A program made the position numbers and the translations under genes. Positions 38,005 to 52,071 of a DNA stretch of 64,000 nucleotides are shown here, in pieces. Every line of letters starts with the position of its first letter. Positions within the stretch are counted from its first letter, which is position 1. Under the pieces are notes generated by a model that saw nothing but the letters and a program-made list of their open reading frames with translations, was not told the origin of the DNA and searched no databases. This stretch comes from Macrostomum lignano (lineage: Eukaryota), in the NCBI GenBank assembly GCA_002269645.1, contig NIVC01000934.1:1-64000 (forward strand). Direction: 5' to 3'.

Positions 38005-39806
38005 GCTTGCGAACCAGCAAATGAATCCAATGACAGTTTTTACCATAGACAGCAGGCAGAGATCTGCTAGCTTGTTTGCGAACAGCAAATGAATCCAATG
38101 ACACAGTTTTTACCATAGACAGCAGGCAGAGATCTGCTAGCTTGTTTGCGAACAAGCAAATGAATCCAATGACAGTTTTTACCATAGACAGCAGGCAGAG
38201 GTCTGCTAGCTTGCTTGCGAACCAGCAAATGAATCCAATGACAGTTTTTACCATAGACAGCAGGCAGAGATCTGCTAGCTTGTTTGCGAACAAGCAAATG
38301 AATCCAATGACAGTTTTTACCATAGACAGCAGGCAGAGATCTGCTAGCTTGTTTGCGAACAAGCAAATGAATCCAATGACAGTTTTTACCATAGACAGCA
38401 GGCAGAGGTCTGCTAGCTTGTTTGCGAACAAGCAAATGAATCCAATGACAGTTTTTACCATAGACAGCAGGCAGAGATCTGCTAGCTTGTTTGCGAACAA
38501 GCAAATGAATCCAATGACAGTTTTTACCATAGACAGCAGGCAGAGATCTGCTAGCTTGTTTGCGAACAAGCAAATGAATCCAATGACACAGTTTTTACCA
38601 TAGACAGCAGGCAGAGGTCTGCTAGCTTGCTTGCGAACCAGCAAATGAATCCAATGACAGTTTTTACCATAGACAGCAGGCAGAGGTCTGCTAGCTTGCT
38701 TGCGAACCAGCAAATGAATCCAATGACACAGTTTTTACCATAGACAGCAGGCAAAGGTCTGCTAGCTTGCTTGCGAACAAGCAAATGAATCCAATGACAG
38801 TTTTTACCATAGACAGCAGGCAGAGATCTGCTAGCTTGTTTGCGAACAGCAAATGAATCCAATGACAGTTTTTACCATAGACAGCAGGCAGAGATCTGCT
38901 AGCTTGTTTGCGAACAAGCAAATGAATCCAATGACAGTTTTTACCATAGACAGCAGGCAGAGATCTGCTAGCTTGTTTGCGAACAGCAAATGAATCCAAT
39001 GACACAGTTTTTACCATAGACAGCAGGCAGAGATCTGCTAGCTTGTTTGCGAACAAGCAAATGAATCCAATGACAGTTTTTACCATAGACAGCAGGCAGA
39101 GGTCTGCTAGCTTGCTTGCGAACCAGCAAATGAATCCAATGACAGTTTTTACCATAGACAGCAGGCAGAGATCTGCTAGCTTGTTTGCGAACAAGCAAAT
39201 GAATCCAATGACAGTTTTTACCATAGACAGCAGGCAGAGATCTGCTAGCTTGTTTGCGAACAAGCAAATGAATCCAATGACAGTTTTTACCATAGACAGC
39301 AGGCAGAGGTCTGCTAGCTTGTTTGCGAACAAGCAAATGAATCCAATGACAGTTTTTACCATAGACAGCAGGCAGAGATCTGCTAGCTTGTTTGCGAACA
39401 AGCAAATGAATCCAATGACAGTTTTTACCATAGACAGCAGGCAGAGATCTGCTAGCTTGTTTGCGAACAAGCAAATGAATCCAATGACAGTTTTTACCAT
39501 AGACAGCAGGCAGAGATCTGCTAGCTTGTTTGCAAACAAGCAAATGAATCCAATGACACAGTTTTTACCATAGACAGCAGGCAGAGATCTGCTAGCTTGC
39601 TTGCGAACCAGCAAATGAATCCAATGACAGTTTTTACCATAGACAGCAGGCAGAGATCTGCTAGCTTGCTTGCGAACCAGCAAATGAATCCAATGACAGT
39701 TTTTACCATAGACAGCAGGCAGAGGTCTGCTAGCTTGCTTGCGAACAGCAAATGAATCCAATGACAGTTTTTACCATAGACAGCAGGCAGAGATCTGCTA
39801 GCTTGT
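38005..39806. repeat. ~69-bp array GAACAAGCAAATGAATCCAATGACAGTTTTTACCATAGACAGCAGGCAGAGATCTGCTAGCTTGTTTGC
   Basis: Direct reading; frame-breaking length variants present. Confidence 0.96.
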
Positions 39807-40299
39807 AAAATGCTATGTTATTATGGCTTTTTGCAGTCCACTTGAGCTTTATAACTAGCCGTTTCATTTTAATGAAAATTGCTCTCTGTGTCTATCCTAA
39901 TTATTTCACCTGCGACCGGCTTATCGGTCTGAGCTGGCGATAAAATATTCCATCATGTTCGATTCGTATATAAATGCCGATCGCTGTTGGCGTGCGCTCT
40001 CCCGGGTTCGAGTCCCGCGGGCGCGTCTATCCGTTTTATTGTGGAATTGGATTGCTATTTTTATTTTACTTTGTTTTAATCAGTTCACCTTGCTCACCTG
40101 ATCCGCTTGCTGGCACCTCACCTGGTCTCACCCTTTGTCTTTGCCCTGCATCTCCTCCCTTGTTGGCTCTCTTCATCCTTTGCCACCTCTTTATCAACCT
40201 CTCCTCCTCTCCGTCTCCCTCATGCTCTCCCTACTCCCTCTCGACCCCCTCTCTCTCCCTCTCCCTCCGCCTCTCCGCTTCTATTCTCTCTCTCACTCT

Positions 40300-41215
<916 letters not shown>

Positions 41216-42030
41216 ACACTCCCCTTTCTTTCCCCAGCCTCTTAGCCTCATCAAGTTGCTATAGAAAATATATTATTTACACTTTCCTCATTTCTACACG
41301 CGGCCGTCGAGTTTGCTGTTTCTCGCGCGCTCTTTGAGCCGCGTCCTCCGCACCCGCGATTTTATTATGATTGCACCCGAGACTGACAGACGCCTGTCAT
41401 CCGCAACTCGTCAACATTGACGCGACTCTTTAGAGATTAAAAAAACGTTTTGAAATAGATTATATATGGATTTAGAGTGTATTATACAATTCAGATTTTT
41501 CGAACCTGATTTTATTGAGAATAAAAAACTGTAATTTGTCTTGCCTTAGTCTGTTTCACTGAGTTTTACATGGCATTTTCGAAATACCCGTATCCCGAAA
41601 TCCAGAAATTTACAGAATCCCGAATTCCGAAATCCAGATATTTACAGAATCCCAAACTCAAGATCCCAGATCCCATGACCACTATCGTCAGAATCTGGAT
41701 CCCAGAATTTCGAAAATCGAATTCCCCATGGATTCCCAAATCCTCAGATTATTAAATTCCAAAATCTCCAACCAAAACAGCAGACTCCCCTATAATCTAA
41801 GATTATTCCCCAGTATTTATCCCCATCCCAGGAATTTGAACCGCCTTGCACCCGTCATAAAAATCCCAATCCATCGAATTTGATCCTCCACTTCCATCCC
41901 ACAGTCTTCGCGCACTTTTAGCCAGTCTGCAGGTAAAAAGCCTGACTAATTGGGACCCGGAGACGGCTCAAGCCCCCTCCCCCCCCCGCAACCCCCTGCA
42001 CTCCAGGCCTCTTCATTCGCCAGCTCTCCT

Positions 42031-42210
42031 CACGATGCCATGACCTGCATGTGCTGTTCACGATGCCATGACCTGCATGTGCTTTTCACGATGCCATGAC
42101 CTGCATGTGCTGTTCACGATGCCATGACCTGCATGTGCTTTTCACGATGCCATGACCTGCATGTGCTGTTCACGATGCCATGACCTGCATGTGCTGTTCA
42201 CGATGCCATG
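42031..42210. repeat. 28-bp array CACGATGCCATGACCTGCATGTGCTGTT
   Basis: Direct reading. Confidence 0.9.
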
Positions 42211-42344
42211 ACCGGCTCAGCAGCTCTGACTCTGCTCTGAGTTTTGACTGGGAGACCGCGCGACTTGAGTTGGGAGAATTACGGGATTGAGAATAAGTTT
42301 TGAACTGGTGTTTTGCATCCTCAGCGGCTAAGCCACCACCGCCA

Positions 42345-42735
42345 GCCTCCCAGATCCCCAGTTGCTGGGCCAGCCTCTCAGATCCCCAGTTGCTAGGCCA
42401 GCTTCCCAGATCCTCAGTTGCTGGGCCAGCCTCCCAGATCCCCAGTTGCTGGGCCAGCCTCTCAGATCCCCAGTTGCTAGGCCAGCTTCCCAGATCCTCA
42501 GTTGCTGGGCCAGCCTCCCAGATCCTCAGTTGCTGGGCCAGCCTCCCAGATCCCCAGTTGCTGGGCCAGCCTCCCAGATCCCCAGTTGCTGGGCCAGCCT
42601 CCCAGATCCTCAGTTGCTGGGCCAGCCTCCCAGATCCCCAGTTGCTGGGCCAGCCTCCCAGATCCTCAGTTGCTGGGCCAGCCTCCCAGATCCCCAGTTG
42701 CTGGGCCAGCCTCCCAGATCCCCAGTTGCTGGGCA
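42345..42735. repeat. 28-bp array CAGTTGCTGGGCCAGCCTCCCAGATCC(C/T); same family as 4010-4548
   Basis: Direct reading. Confidence 0.95.
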
Positions 42736-44794
42736 ACCACCACCAGCCTCTCAGATCCTCAGGCTTCTCTGGCATCCCCAGTCTCCAAAATGTACTTTAG
42801 AAGGAAGTCTTTCTGCTCGGTTCCCCATCTCGGCTACCTGGGTTCGTGCGCGGACTTGGGGATCGGGGCATCCCGAGATCGGCCCACTCGGCCGCCGAAT
42901 TCATCAGTCGGAATTTTAATCACAGACCGAATAATGAAAGCCCCTGGCCCTCGGTCACGTCTCCTCTTCGGACTTCACCGCTGGCTGGGAGGAAAAAAGG
43001 AATATAAATTAGCATTTTTTATCCCCAAATCATTATTTTCCTCCACGCAGTGGGAGATATCCCCCCGGCCCGGGGACTTTGGGAGAATTTTCCCACGACA
43101 AGCCTGAGAACTACATGAAAGACAAACCAACCCAGAAAAATCTGTGGGGCCTCCCCGTTCCATCAAAAAAGTTGAATGCCAACTGGGACAGGGGAAGGAG
43201 GGATCAAATCCTCTTTCCTCCTCTCTTCCTCTTTCCCGAATCCTCTCGGCTTGTCTTCTGCCTTGAGAATTTGGCCAGTTGCCATGGCAACCGCACAGGG
43301 AAGCTGCGCTGCTATCCTGGCCCTCCCCTTCCCGGTGCTTCCCCGAACTCTGCGGGGGCAGAGAGACGGGAAAATCTTCCCGACCCTCTGGGACGGAGCG
43401 GTGCGCGTGTCTGCTGATGGGCAGCAGGTCGGCTGCCTAATTAGTGCACTCAGGCACTGCTGCACTGTCTGTCACTCACCTGTGTGAGGTGTGAGGATTA
43501 TTATTCGAGAGATTGCCAGCTCAACAATAAGTTTTTAATTTGGTTAATGAGTGAGTGAGTGAGTAAGTTTATGGGTGAGTTTATGAGTGAGTTTATGAGT
43601 GAGATTTTAAGTGAGTTCATCAGTACAACACCAGCCACACAGCTACAGGTGTTACATATGAGTGAGTTGTCCTTCATTCGCATCTCCCTCTGCACAGCGC
43701 TGGTGGCCCGAGACTCCACAGCCCTTGGCTATCGGATTTCCAGCTGAGGTTGTCGCGTCGCGGCCTGGCTGAGAGAACAATGGGCAGCTCAACGGCCCTG
43801 AGGAAGCTCAGAGCCAGATTGAAGTTTGCGGAGCTCCGGAGAGGCGAAAATGGGAAATTAAAGGGGGCGGACGGGAGAGAACGGAACTTCAGGACACGGC
43901 GAAATTTGAGACAAAAATAGATCTGACAGCACTGAGGCTGGGGTGCAGGCTGGGGAGATGGCCGGGGATCCGCGGCGAGACAGGGAGCTGGGAGTTTGGG
44001 AAGGAAATGGGAAAGGAGAAGGATGCGGGAGACAGAGAGATGCAGAGGGAGACAGAGGGAGACAGAGAGATGCAGAGGGAGACGAAGAGATGCAGAGGGA
44101 GACTGAGAGATGCAGAGGGAGACAGTGAGATTCAGAGGGAGACTGAGAGATGCTGAGCGGGAGATGGAGGACATTGAGAAGCTTAGGAGATGCAGATGAA
44201 GAAAAGATGGGAGCAGAAGGGCGAAGGGGAATGAGAGACGATTGCAGAGGATGGATACAGAGGAGAAGGGGGAAGACTCAAAGGGAGAAGTGCTCAGGCA
44301 GTGGGGGATGCAGAAGGCTGCAGCTGGCTCAGCTCCCCCCCCCCAGCCTCCGCGGCCGTCCCAGCCGAGTCTCCGCCGGCTCGCTCTGTTAAATTTTGTC
44401 ACCCCGGGGGTCTGCGGCGGAGTCGGTCGCGCGGAGCTGGAGAAGCCCAGAGCGATGAAGCCCCGGGGCTGCTGGCTTTTATTGATGATGATCGGGGGCT
44501 GCTTCGATGCCATGAGGACTGAGGGAGGGGGTGTTGCAGAGAAGTGCGGATTTGATGGTGTGAAACAATGAGCCTGGAGAAGAGGGATCGCCACGGCAAA
44601 CAGGAGAGTCGCTTTTCCAGGCTCTGTCCGACATCTGAACTGTTGCTATGGGCGTCATCGCCTCCTCACCGGTCTCTCCCGGTCTCCCGAGATGACCGGC
44701 TTTCCTGCAATGGGGGGAGGCTGAGAGACACCCGCCGTGAGCTGCTGTTTGAGCTGTGGGTGTTTGCTCAGCATCTGCTAACCTCAGGCTAAGT

Positions 44795-45800
44795 CGGCTG
44801 CGCACAGACTCCCTGCCCGCCTCATCATCAGCTCAGTGTCTGCACTGATCAGCCAGACTCCTTGCCCGCCTCATCATCATCAGCTCAGTGTCTGCACTGA
44901 TCAGCCAGACTCCTTGCCCGCCTCATCATCATCAGCTCAGTGTCTGCACTGATCAACCAGACTCCTTGCCCGCCTCATCATCATCAGCTCAGTGTCTGCA
45001 CGGATCAGCCAGACTCCTTGCCCGCATTATCATCCTCAGCTCAGTGTCTGCACGGATCAGCCAGACTCCTTGCCCGCCTCATCATCATCAGCTCAGTGTC
45101 TGCACGGATCAGCCAGACTCCTTGCCCGCCTCATCATCATCAGCTCAGTGTCTGCACTGATCAGCCAGACTCCTTGCCCGCCTCATTATCATCAGCTCAG
45201 TGTCTGCACTGATCAGCCAGACTCCTTGCCCGCCTCATCATCATCAGCTCAGTGTCTGCACTGATCAGCCAGACTCCCCACCTGCCTCATCATTAGCTCA
45301 GTGTCTGCACTGATCAGCCAGACTCCCCACCTGCCTCATCATTAGCTCAGTGTCTGCACTGATCAGCCAGACTCCTTGCCCGCCTCATCATCATCAGCTC
45401 AGTGTCTGCACTGATCAGCCAGACTCCTTGCCCGCCTCATTATCATCAGCTCAGTGTCTGCACTGATCAGCCAGACTCCTTGCCCGCCTCATCATCATCA
45501 GCTCAGTGTCTGCACTGATCAGCCAGACTCCCCACCTGCCTCATCATTAGCTCAGTGTCTGCACTGATCAGCCAGACTCCCCACCTGCCTCATCATTAGC
45601 TCAGTGTCTGCACTGATCAGCCAGACTCCTTGCCCGCCTCATCATCATCAGCTCAGTGTCTGCACTGATCAGCCAGACTCCTTGCCCGCCTCATCATCAT
45701 CAGCTCAGTGTCTGCACTGATCAGCCAGACTCCTTGCCCGCCTCATCATCACCAGCTCAGTGTCCTCTGCACTGATTAACCAGACTCCCCACCTGCCTCA
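44795..45800. repeat. 52-bp array CAGCTCAGTGTCTGCACTGATCAGCCAGACTCCTTGCCCGCCTCATCATCAT (with shorter variants)
   Basis: Direct reading. Confidence 0.94.
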
Positions 45801-46255
45801 TCACCAGCTCAGTCTCTCCTTCATCAACCAGTCCCCACTGTGAACTCTGCAACCTGCAGTGAGGCGTGGCTGATGTGATGCAGGACAGCATTTTATTGTT
45901 TATAATTTTTACTATTTTAACAACTTTTCAATTGGGAGGCTGTGAAACCGAAAGGGCAGAAGATTTTTGAAATTTTTTAGGAGAAACAGCAGTGGGGAGA
46001 AATCAAAGACAAATAAAGGGAGAATTGGGATACAAGCTATATTGTTGTCTGTGGGATTTCCTAAGCAGGCTGTAAATCAAGGCAAATCAGGTTGTCAAAC
46101 CTGTCACAGCATCCATCAGCCAGGTTGTCAAACCTGTCACAGCATCCATCAGCCAAGCTGTCAAACCTATCAGTCTTTCAGCCTGCCAGTTCAGACAGGC
46201 TGGGAATCCCACAGTGAGAATTAAGCACAGGTTAAGCAGAATGTCTCAGGGGCCA

Positions 46256-46975
46256 TCAGACCCGCACGAACACGAACTCATTGTAGTGCTGCCACTTGGT
46301 CTCCTCGTTGTCCTGGCCGGGCTTCACGTCCGTCATGCTGCTGTTGGTGCCGGAGCCGCAGGAGCCCACCATGCTGAAGCCGGCGTCGTACAGCATCTCG
46401 AAGGCCTGCTCCAGCACCGAGTGCTTCAGGAAGAAGCGGCTGGTGTACCGGTCCTCCTGGCCGCGGTCGGGGTCCCGGCTCTCGTTCAGCGTGTCGCCGA
46501 ACACGGCGCGGCAGACGGAGACGCGGCCGGCCACCAGGATGCGCGTCAGCTTGCGGAACTTCACGTCGGCCAGGCCGTCGCGGCCGAAGGCGAAGGTGCC
46601 GCGGTAGCTGACGGTGATGCAGCCGGACGGAGCCGCCGGGCCGCCGCGCTCGAGAGCCGCCACGGCGCCCTGCAGGCCGTAGAAGGCGGCCTCCTGGCGC
46701 AGACGGCTGCGGCCGCTGAAGCCGGCTGGAAGGTGGAAGCCGGCCGGCCGGTCCCGCAGGTAGTTGAGCAGCTGGCCGAACGCCGGCCCGTCCCGGTCGA
46801 TAAAGAACCGGCCGGCTGAGTCAGCGGGCAGGTGCTTGGCCGGGTCCCCGCTGAACCACTCGCTCAGGCGGCTGCCCGGCTCGCTACACAGCGTGGCCCG
46901 GCTGCAGCTGAAGTGGCTGCCGCCCACGTTCAGCTCCACCACACCGCCTGCCCAGTCCCCCGGCTGCGTTGCCAT
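46256..46975 (-). CDS. KCTD8/12/16: BTB/T1 + H1 domain protein of the KCTD8/12/16 family (GABA-B receptor auxiliary subunit family); single coding exon, 239 aa
   Basis: ATG at 46975. BTB motifs VELNVGG, FFIDRDG, LNYLR, EAAFYGL. H1 motifs ITVSYRG, VFGDTLNESRDPDR, RYTSRFFLK, LEQAF, YNEFVFVR*. The ORF track begins upstream at a GTG (47026). Confidence 0.92.
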   Translation of the reverse strand: MATQPGDWAGGVVELNVGGSHFSCSRATLCSEPGSRLSEWFSGDPAKHLPADSAGRFFIDRDGPAFGQLLNYLRDRPAGFHLPAGFSGRSRLRQEAAFYGLQGAVAALERGGPAAPSGCITVSYRGTFAFGRDGLADVKFRKLTRILVAGRVSVCRAVFGDTLNESRDPDRGQEDRYTSRFFLKHSVLEQAFEMLYDAGFSMVGSCGSGTNSSMTDVKPGQDNEETKWQHYNEFVFVRV

Positions 46976-47964
46976 GCGGAAGTTCTTCGGCTGCTGGAGG
47001 CTCGGCTGGGACCCGCTAGCTTTCACCGTCTCGCGCTGGGGCTTCGGCAGGCCCTAGCCTCCTCCTAGGCAGCCAATATATGGGCGAATCCGCTGGTCCC
47101 GCAGCCAATCGGCGCCCACCCCAGCCTCTTCCGCTTTCACCTGGCCAGCAACAGCAGCAGCCGCATGCAGCCTCAGCCTCCGGTCAGAAGGCTTCATCAA
47201 ACAGCAGCGGCAACAATACATCACTACCGCCCCCCCAACTTTCATTTAATTTTTTTGCCTCCCTCCTGAGCATCCGCCGCCGCTCCGACAGCCTCGCTCG
47301 CCGCTGGGTACTTTGTTTACCTCCGCAGTGTCCCCGACTCCGCGCTTCATCACTGCTTCTCACCACACTATATAGAGAACGCGACAGCCGCGGGAAGTGA
47401 ATGGGAAGGAAGGAGGGTGGATAAGAAATCCCCAGCAAGCCTGAGGGCAGCTGGCACTCAGCAGCAGCAGCAGCAGAAGCAGCAATATCCTTCTCAAACC
47501 CTGCTCGTATTTCGCATCGATTACCTCCCCCCTCCCTCCTCTCCTTCCCCGGGCCCGCGTGTCCCAGTTCAGTTCAGTCGCCGTCAGCTGCCCAGTGAAA
47601 GCAAACACAGCCCCAGTCCCAGCAGAGACTTGGCAGCGGTCCCCTCTTCCCACCGCCCGGGACAAAAAGCTGAATATGGAAATATGCTGCATTCGATCTG
47701 ACAGGCTGAGCTGCTGCTGTTGCTGGGAAGAATCTGCCACAAATTCAAGGCGTTTGGTGGATCGCTTGATTGGCGGGTGAAAATGCTTGCCCCAGTGTGG
47801 GTAATGGTGGCCATTGTCTGTCAGCAGGTGCGAGCCCTCACTCCCAAAAGTGCATTCTTTGTTCCACAATAATGGCAAGAATTGCGGGTGGCAGAATGTC
47901 ACCCTGACTGCAGGGAGTTCGGCAGAGTTCAACAGGCAGGGAGTTCAGGAGGAGACGGGAGTCG

Positions 47965-50670
47965 GGATGGCGCTGGATCTAGGACTGAAGCTGGCGCTGG
48001 ATCTAGGACTGAAGATGGCGCTGGATCTAGGACTGAAGATGGCGCTGGATCTAGGACTGAAGCTGGCGCTGGATCTAGGACTGAAGATGGCGCTGGATCT
48101 AGGACTGAAGCTGGCGCTGGATCTAGGACTGGAGATGGCGATAGATATAGGACTGGAGATGGCGCTGGATCTAGGACTGGAGATGGCGCTGGATATAGGA
48201 CTGGAGATGGCGCTGGATATAGGACTGGAGATGGCGCTGGATATAGGACTGGAGATGGCGCTAAATATTGGACTGGAGATGGCGCTGGATCTAGGACTGG
48301 AGATGGCGCTAGATATAGGACTGGAGATGGCGCTGGATATAGGACTGGAGATAGCGCTGGATCTAGGACTGGAGATGGCGCTAGATATAGGACTGGAGAT
48401 GGCGCTGGATATTGGACTGAAGATGGCGCTGGATCTAGGACTGAAGATGGCGCTGGATATAGGCTAAATCTAGGATTAAAAATGGCGCTAAATCTAGGAT
48501 TAGAAATGCGCTAAATCTAGGATTAGAAATGGCGCTAGATCTAGGATTAGAAAGGGCGCTAAATCTAGGATTAGAAATGGCGCTAAATCTAGGATTAGAA
48601 ATGGCGCTAGACCTTGGATTAGAAATGGCGCTAGATCTAGGATTAGAAATGGCGCTAAATCTAGGATTAGAAATGGCGCTAAATCTAGGATTAGAAATGG
48701 CGCTAAATCTAGGATTAGAAATGCGCTAAATCTAGGATTAGAAATGGCGCTAAATCTAGGATTAGAAATGGCGCTAGATCTAGGATTAGAAATGGCGCTA
48801 GATCTAGGATTAGAAATGCGCTAAATCTAGGATTAGAAATGGCGCTAAATCTAGGATTAGAAATGCGCTAAATCTAGGATTAGAAATGGCGCTAAATCTA
48901 GGATTAGAAATGGCGCTAAATCTAGGATTAGAAATGGCGCTAGATCTAGGATTAGAAATGGCGCTAGATCTAGGATTAGAAATGGCGCTAAATCTAGGAT
49001 TAGAAATGCGCTAAATCTAGGATTAGAAATGCGCTAAATCTAGGATTAGAAATGGCGCTAAATCTAGGATTAGAAATGGCGCTAGATCTAGGATTAAAAA
49101 TGGCGCTAAATCTAGGATTAGAAATGGCGCTAAATCTAGGATTAGAAATGGCGCTAGATCTAGGATTAGAAAGGGCGCTAAATCTAGGATTAGAAATGGC
49201 GCTAAATCTAGGATTAGAAATGGCGCTAGACCTTGGATTAGAAATGGCGCTAGATCTAGGATTAGAAATGGCGCTAAATCTAGGATTAGAAATGGCGCTA
49301 AATCTAGGATTAGAAATGGCGCTAGATCTAGGATTAGAAATGCGCTAAATCTAGGATTAGAAATGGCGCTAAATCTAGGATTAGAAATGGCGCTAAATCT
49401 AGGATTAGAAATGGCGCTAGATCTAGGATTAGAAATGGCGCTAGATCTAGGATTAGAAATGGCGCTAGATCTAGGATTAGAAATGGCGCTAAATCTAGGA
49501 TTAGAAATGGCGCTAGATCTAGGATTAGAAATGGCGCTAGATCTAGGATTAGAAATGGCGCTAGATCTAGGATTAGAAATGGCGCTAAATCTAGGATTAG
49601 AAATGGCGCTAGATCTAGGATTAGAAATGGCGCTAAATCTAGGATTAGAAATGGCGCTAAATCTAGGATTAGAAATGGCGCTAAATCTAGGATTAGAAAT
49701 GCGCTAAATCTAGGATTAGAAATGCGCTAAATCTAGGATTAGAAATGGCGCTAAATCTAGGATTAGAAATGGCGCTAGATCTAGGATTAGAAATGGCGCT
49801 AAATCTAGGATTAGAAATGCGCTAAATCTAGGATTAGAAATGCGCTAAATCTAGGATTAGAAATGGCGCTAAATCTAGGATTAGAAATGGCGCTAAATCT
49901 AGGATTAGAAATGCGCTAAATCTAGGATTAGAAATGGCGCTAAATCTAGGATTAGAAATGGCGCTAGACCTAGGATTAGAAATGGCGCTAAATCTAGGAT
50001 TAGAAATGGCGCTAGATCTAGGATTAGAAATGGCGCTAAATCTAGGATTAGAAATGGCGCTAAATCTAGGATTAGAAATGCGCTAAATCTAGGATTAGAA
50101 ATGGCGCTAGACCTAGGATTAGAAATGGCGCTAAATCTAGGATTAGAAATGGCGCTGAATCTAGGATTAGAAATGGCGCTAAATCTAGGATTAGAAATGG
50201 CGCTAAATCTAGGATTAGAAATGGCGCTAGATCTAGGATTAGAAATGGCGCTAGATCTAGGATTAGAAATGGCGCTAGATCTAGGATTAGAAATGGCGCT
50301 AGATCTAGGATTAGAAATGGCGCTGAATCTAGGATTAGAAATGGCGCTAGATCTAGGATTAGAAATGGCGCTAGATCTAGGATTAGAAATGGCGCTAGAT
50401 CTAGGATTAGAAATGGCGCTAAATCTAGGATTAGAAATGGCGCTAGATCTAGGATTAGAAATGGCGCTAGATCTAGGATTAGAAATGGCGCTAAATCTAG
50501 GATTAGAAATGCGCTAAATCTAGGATTAGAAATGGCGCTAGATCTAGGATTAGAAATGGCGCTAGATCTAGGATTAGAAATGGCGCTAAATCTAGGATTA
50601 GAAATGCGCTAAATCTAGGATTAGAAATGCGCTAAATCTAGGATTAGAAATGCGCTAAATCTAGGATTAA
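47965..50670. repeat. 24-bp array with two subfamilies: GATGGCGCTGGATCTAGGACTGAA, then AAATGGCGCTAAATCTAGGATTAG
   Basis: Direct reading; the subfamily switch is at ~48460. Confidence 0.96.
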
Positions 50671-51029
50671 AATTAACTAGCAAATCCCAGCGGCGGACCT
50701 CTCCGCAATCAATCAAAGACGGCACCCCAGCAGAGGAAAAAGTTCATCTCAATCATTGGGAGCATTATAATCATAAACCGCAGGCAGTAAACGCGGAGCG
50801 CAGGCCACTCTGAAGTGGATTTGTATACCAGCAGATAAAGTTATCCCGAATGTGGGATTTTCACTGCAGTTCTACCTGCAATTGCGGCTTTCTTCCCACG
50901 GGCCCAGCGGGTCGTACAAGACTTTTCAATCACAGCTGCTGCCCCCTCTGCCCAGCACTGCGAATTTGCGGTTGCTTAGCAGTGCGGGGCTGCCTGGGCG
51001 CCGCCATAAATGCCTGCTCCGTACTGCAA

Positions 51030-51880
51030 TATCTAGCCAGCATCTAGCCAATATCTAGCCAGCATCTAGCCAATATCTAGCCAGCATCTAGCCAATATCT
51101 AGCCAATATCTAGCCAGCATCTAGCCAATATCTAGCCAACATCTAGCAAATATCTAGCCAATATCTACCAGCATATAGCCAATATCTAGCCAATACCTAA
51201 CCAATATCTAGCCAATATTTAGCCAGCATCTAGACAATATCTGGCCAAAATCTAGCCAATATCTAGCCAATATCTTGCCAGCATCTAGCCAATATCTGGC
51301 CAATATCTAGCCAATATCTGGCCAATATCTAGCCAATACCTAACCAATATCTAGCCAATATCTAGCCAATATCTTGCCAGCATCTAGCCAATATCTGGCC
51401 AATATCTAGCCAATATCTAGCCAATATCTGGCCAATATCTAGCCAATACCTAACCAATATCTAGCCAATATCTAGCCAATATCTTGCCAGCATCTAACCA
51501 ATATCTAGCCAATATCTAGCCAATATCTGGCCAATATCTAGCCAATATCTAGCCAATATCTGGCCAATATCTAGCCAATACCTAACCAATATCTAGCCAA
51601 TATGTTGCCAGCATCTAGACAATATCTGGCCAATATCTAGCCAATATCTACTCAGCATCTAGCCAATATCTACCCAGCATCTAGCCAATCTACCCAGCAT
51701 ATTGCCAATATCTAGCCAATATCTAGCCAATATCTACCAGCATATAGCCAATATCTAGCCAATATCTAGCCAATACCTAACCAATATCTAGCCAATATCT
51801 AGCCAGCATCTAGACAATATCTGGCCAATATCTAGCCAATATCTAGCCAATATCTACCAGCATATAGCCAATATCTAGCT
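51030..51880. repeat. 11-bp array CTAGCCAATAT / CTAGCCAGCAT
   Basis: Direct reading. Confidence 0.93.
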
Positions 51881-52071
51881 TATAAGCCGCGAGTAGAAAT
51901 TCTAGAAATTTTTTAAAAAATGAGTAAAAACGCCATGCCACTGAAAGTAGTGATTTCATAAATAATTGCTAATTCTAAACCAACAGAATACTTTGTTAAA
52001 AGCGTCAGTACTCAGTCACCGCAGGGTCTAAAGCTCTCTGCCAGCGACTCGGTGAACTGCTTGTATTTCAG

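Noticed and set aside
38005-39806. CRISPR-like array (hairpin-containing repeats)
   Set aside because: Units are head-to-tail with no unique spacers, there are no cas genes, and the context is eukaryotic. The same applies to all other arrays.
42740-44790. GC-rich unique region with several ORFs downstream of KCTD
   Set aside because: No family motif or phase-consistent exon chain found; it may be UTR, lncRNA or an unrecognised gene.
44795-45800. Hammerhead ribozyme satellite (CTGATGA on the minus strand)
   Set aside because: There is no GAAA core or stem II/III pairing in the unit. The 5.5-kb and 27-kb arrays also lack the CTGANGA…GAAA core.
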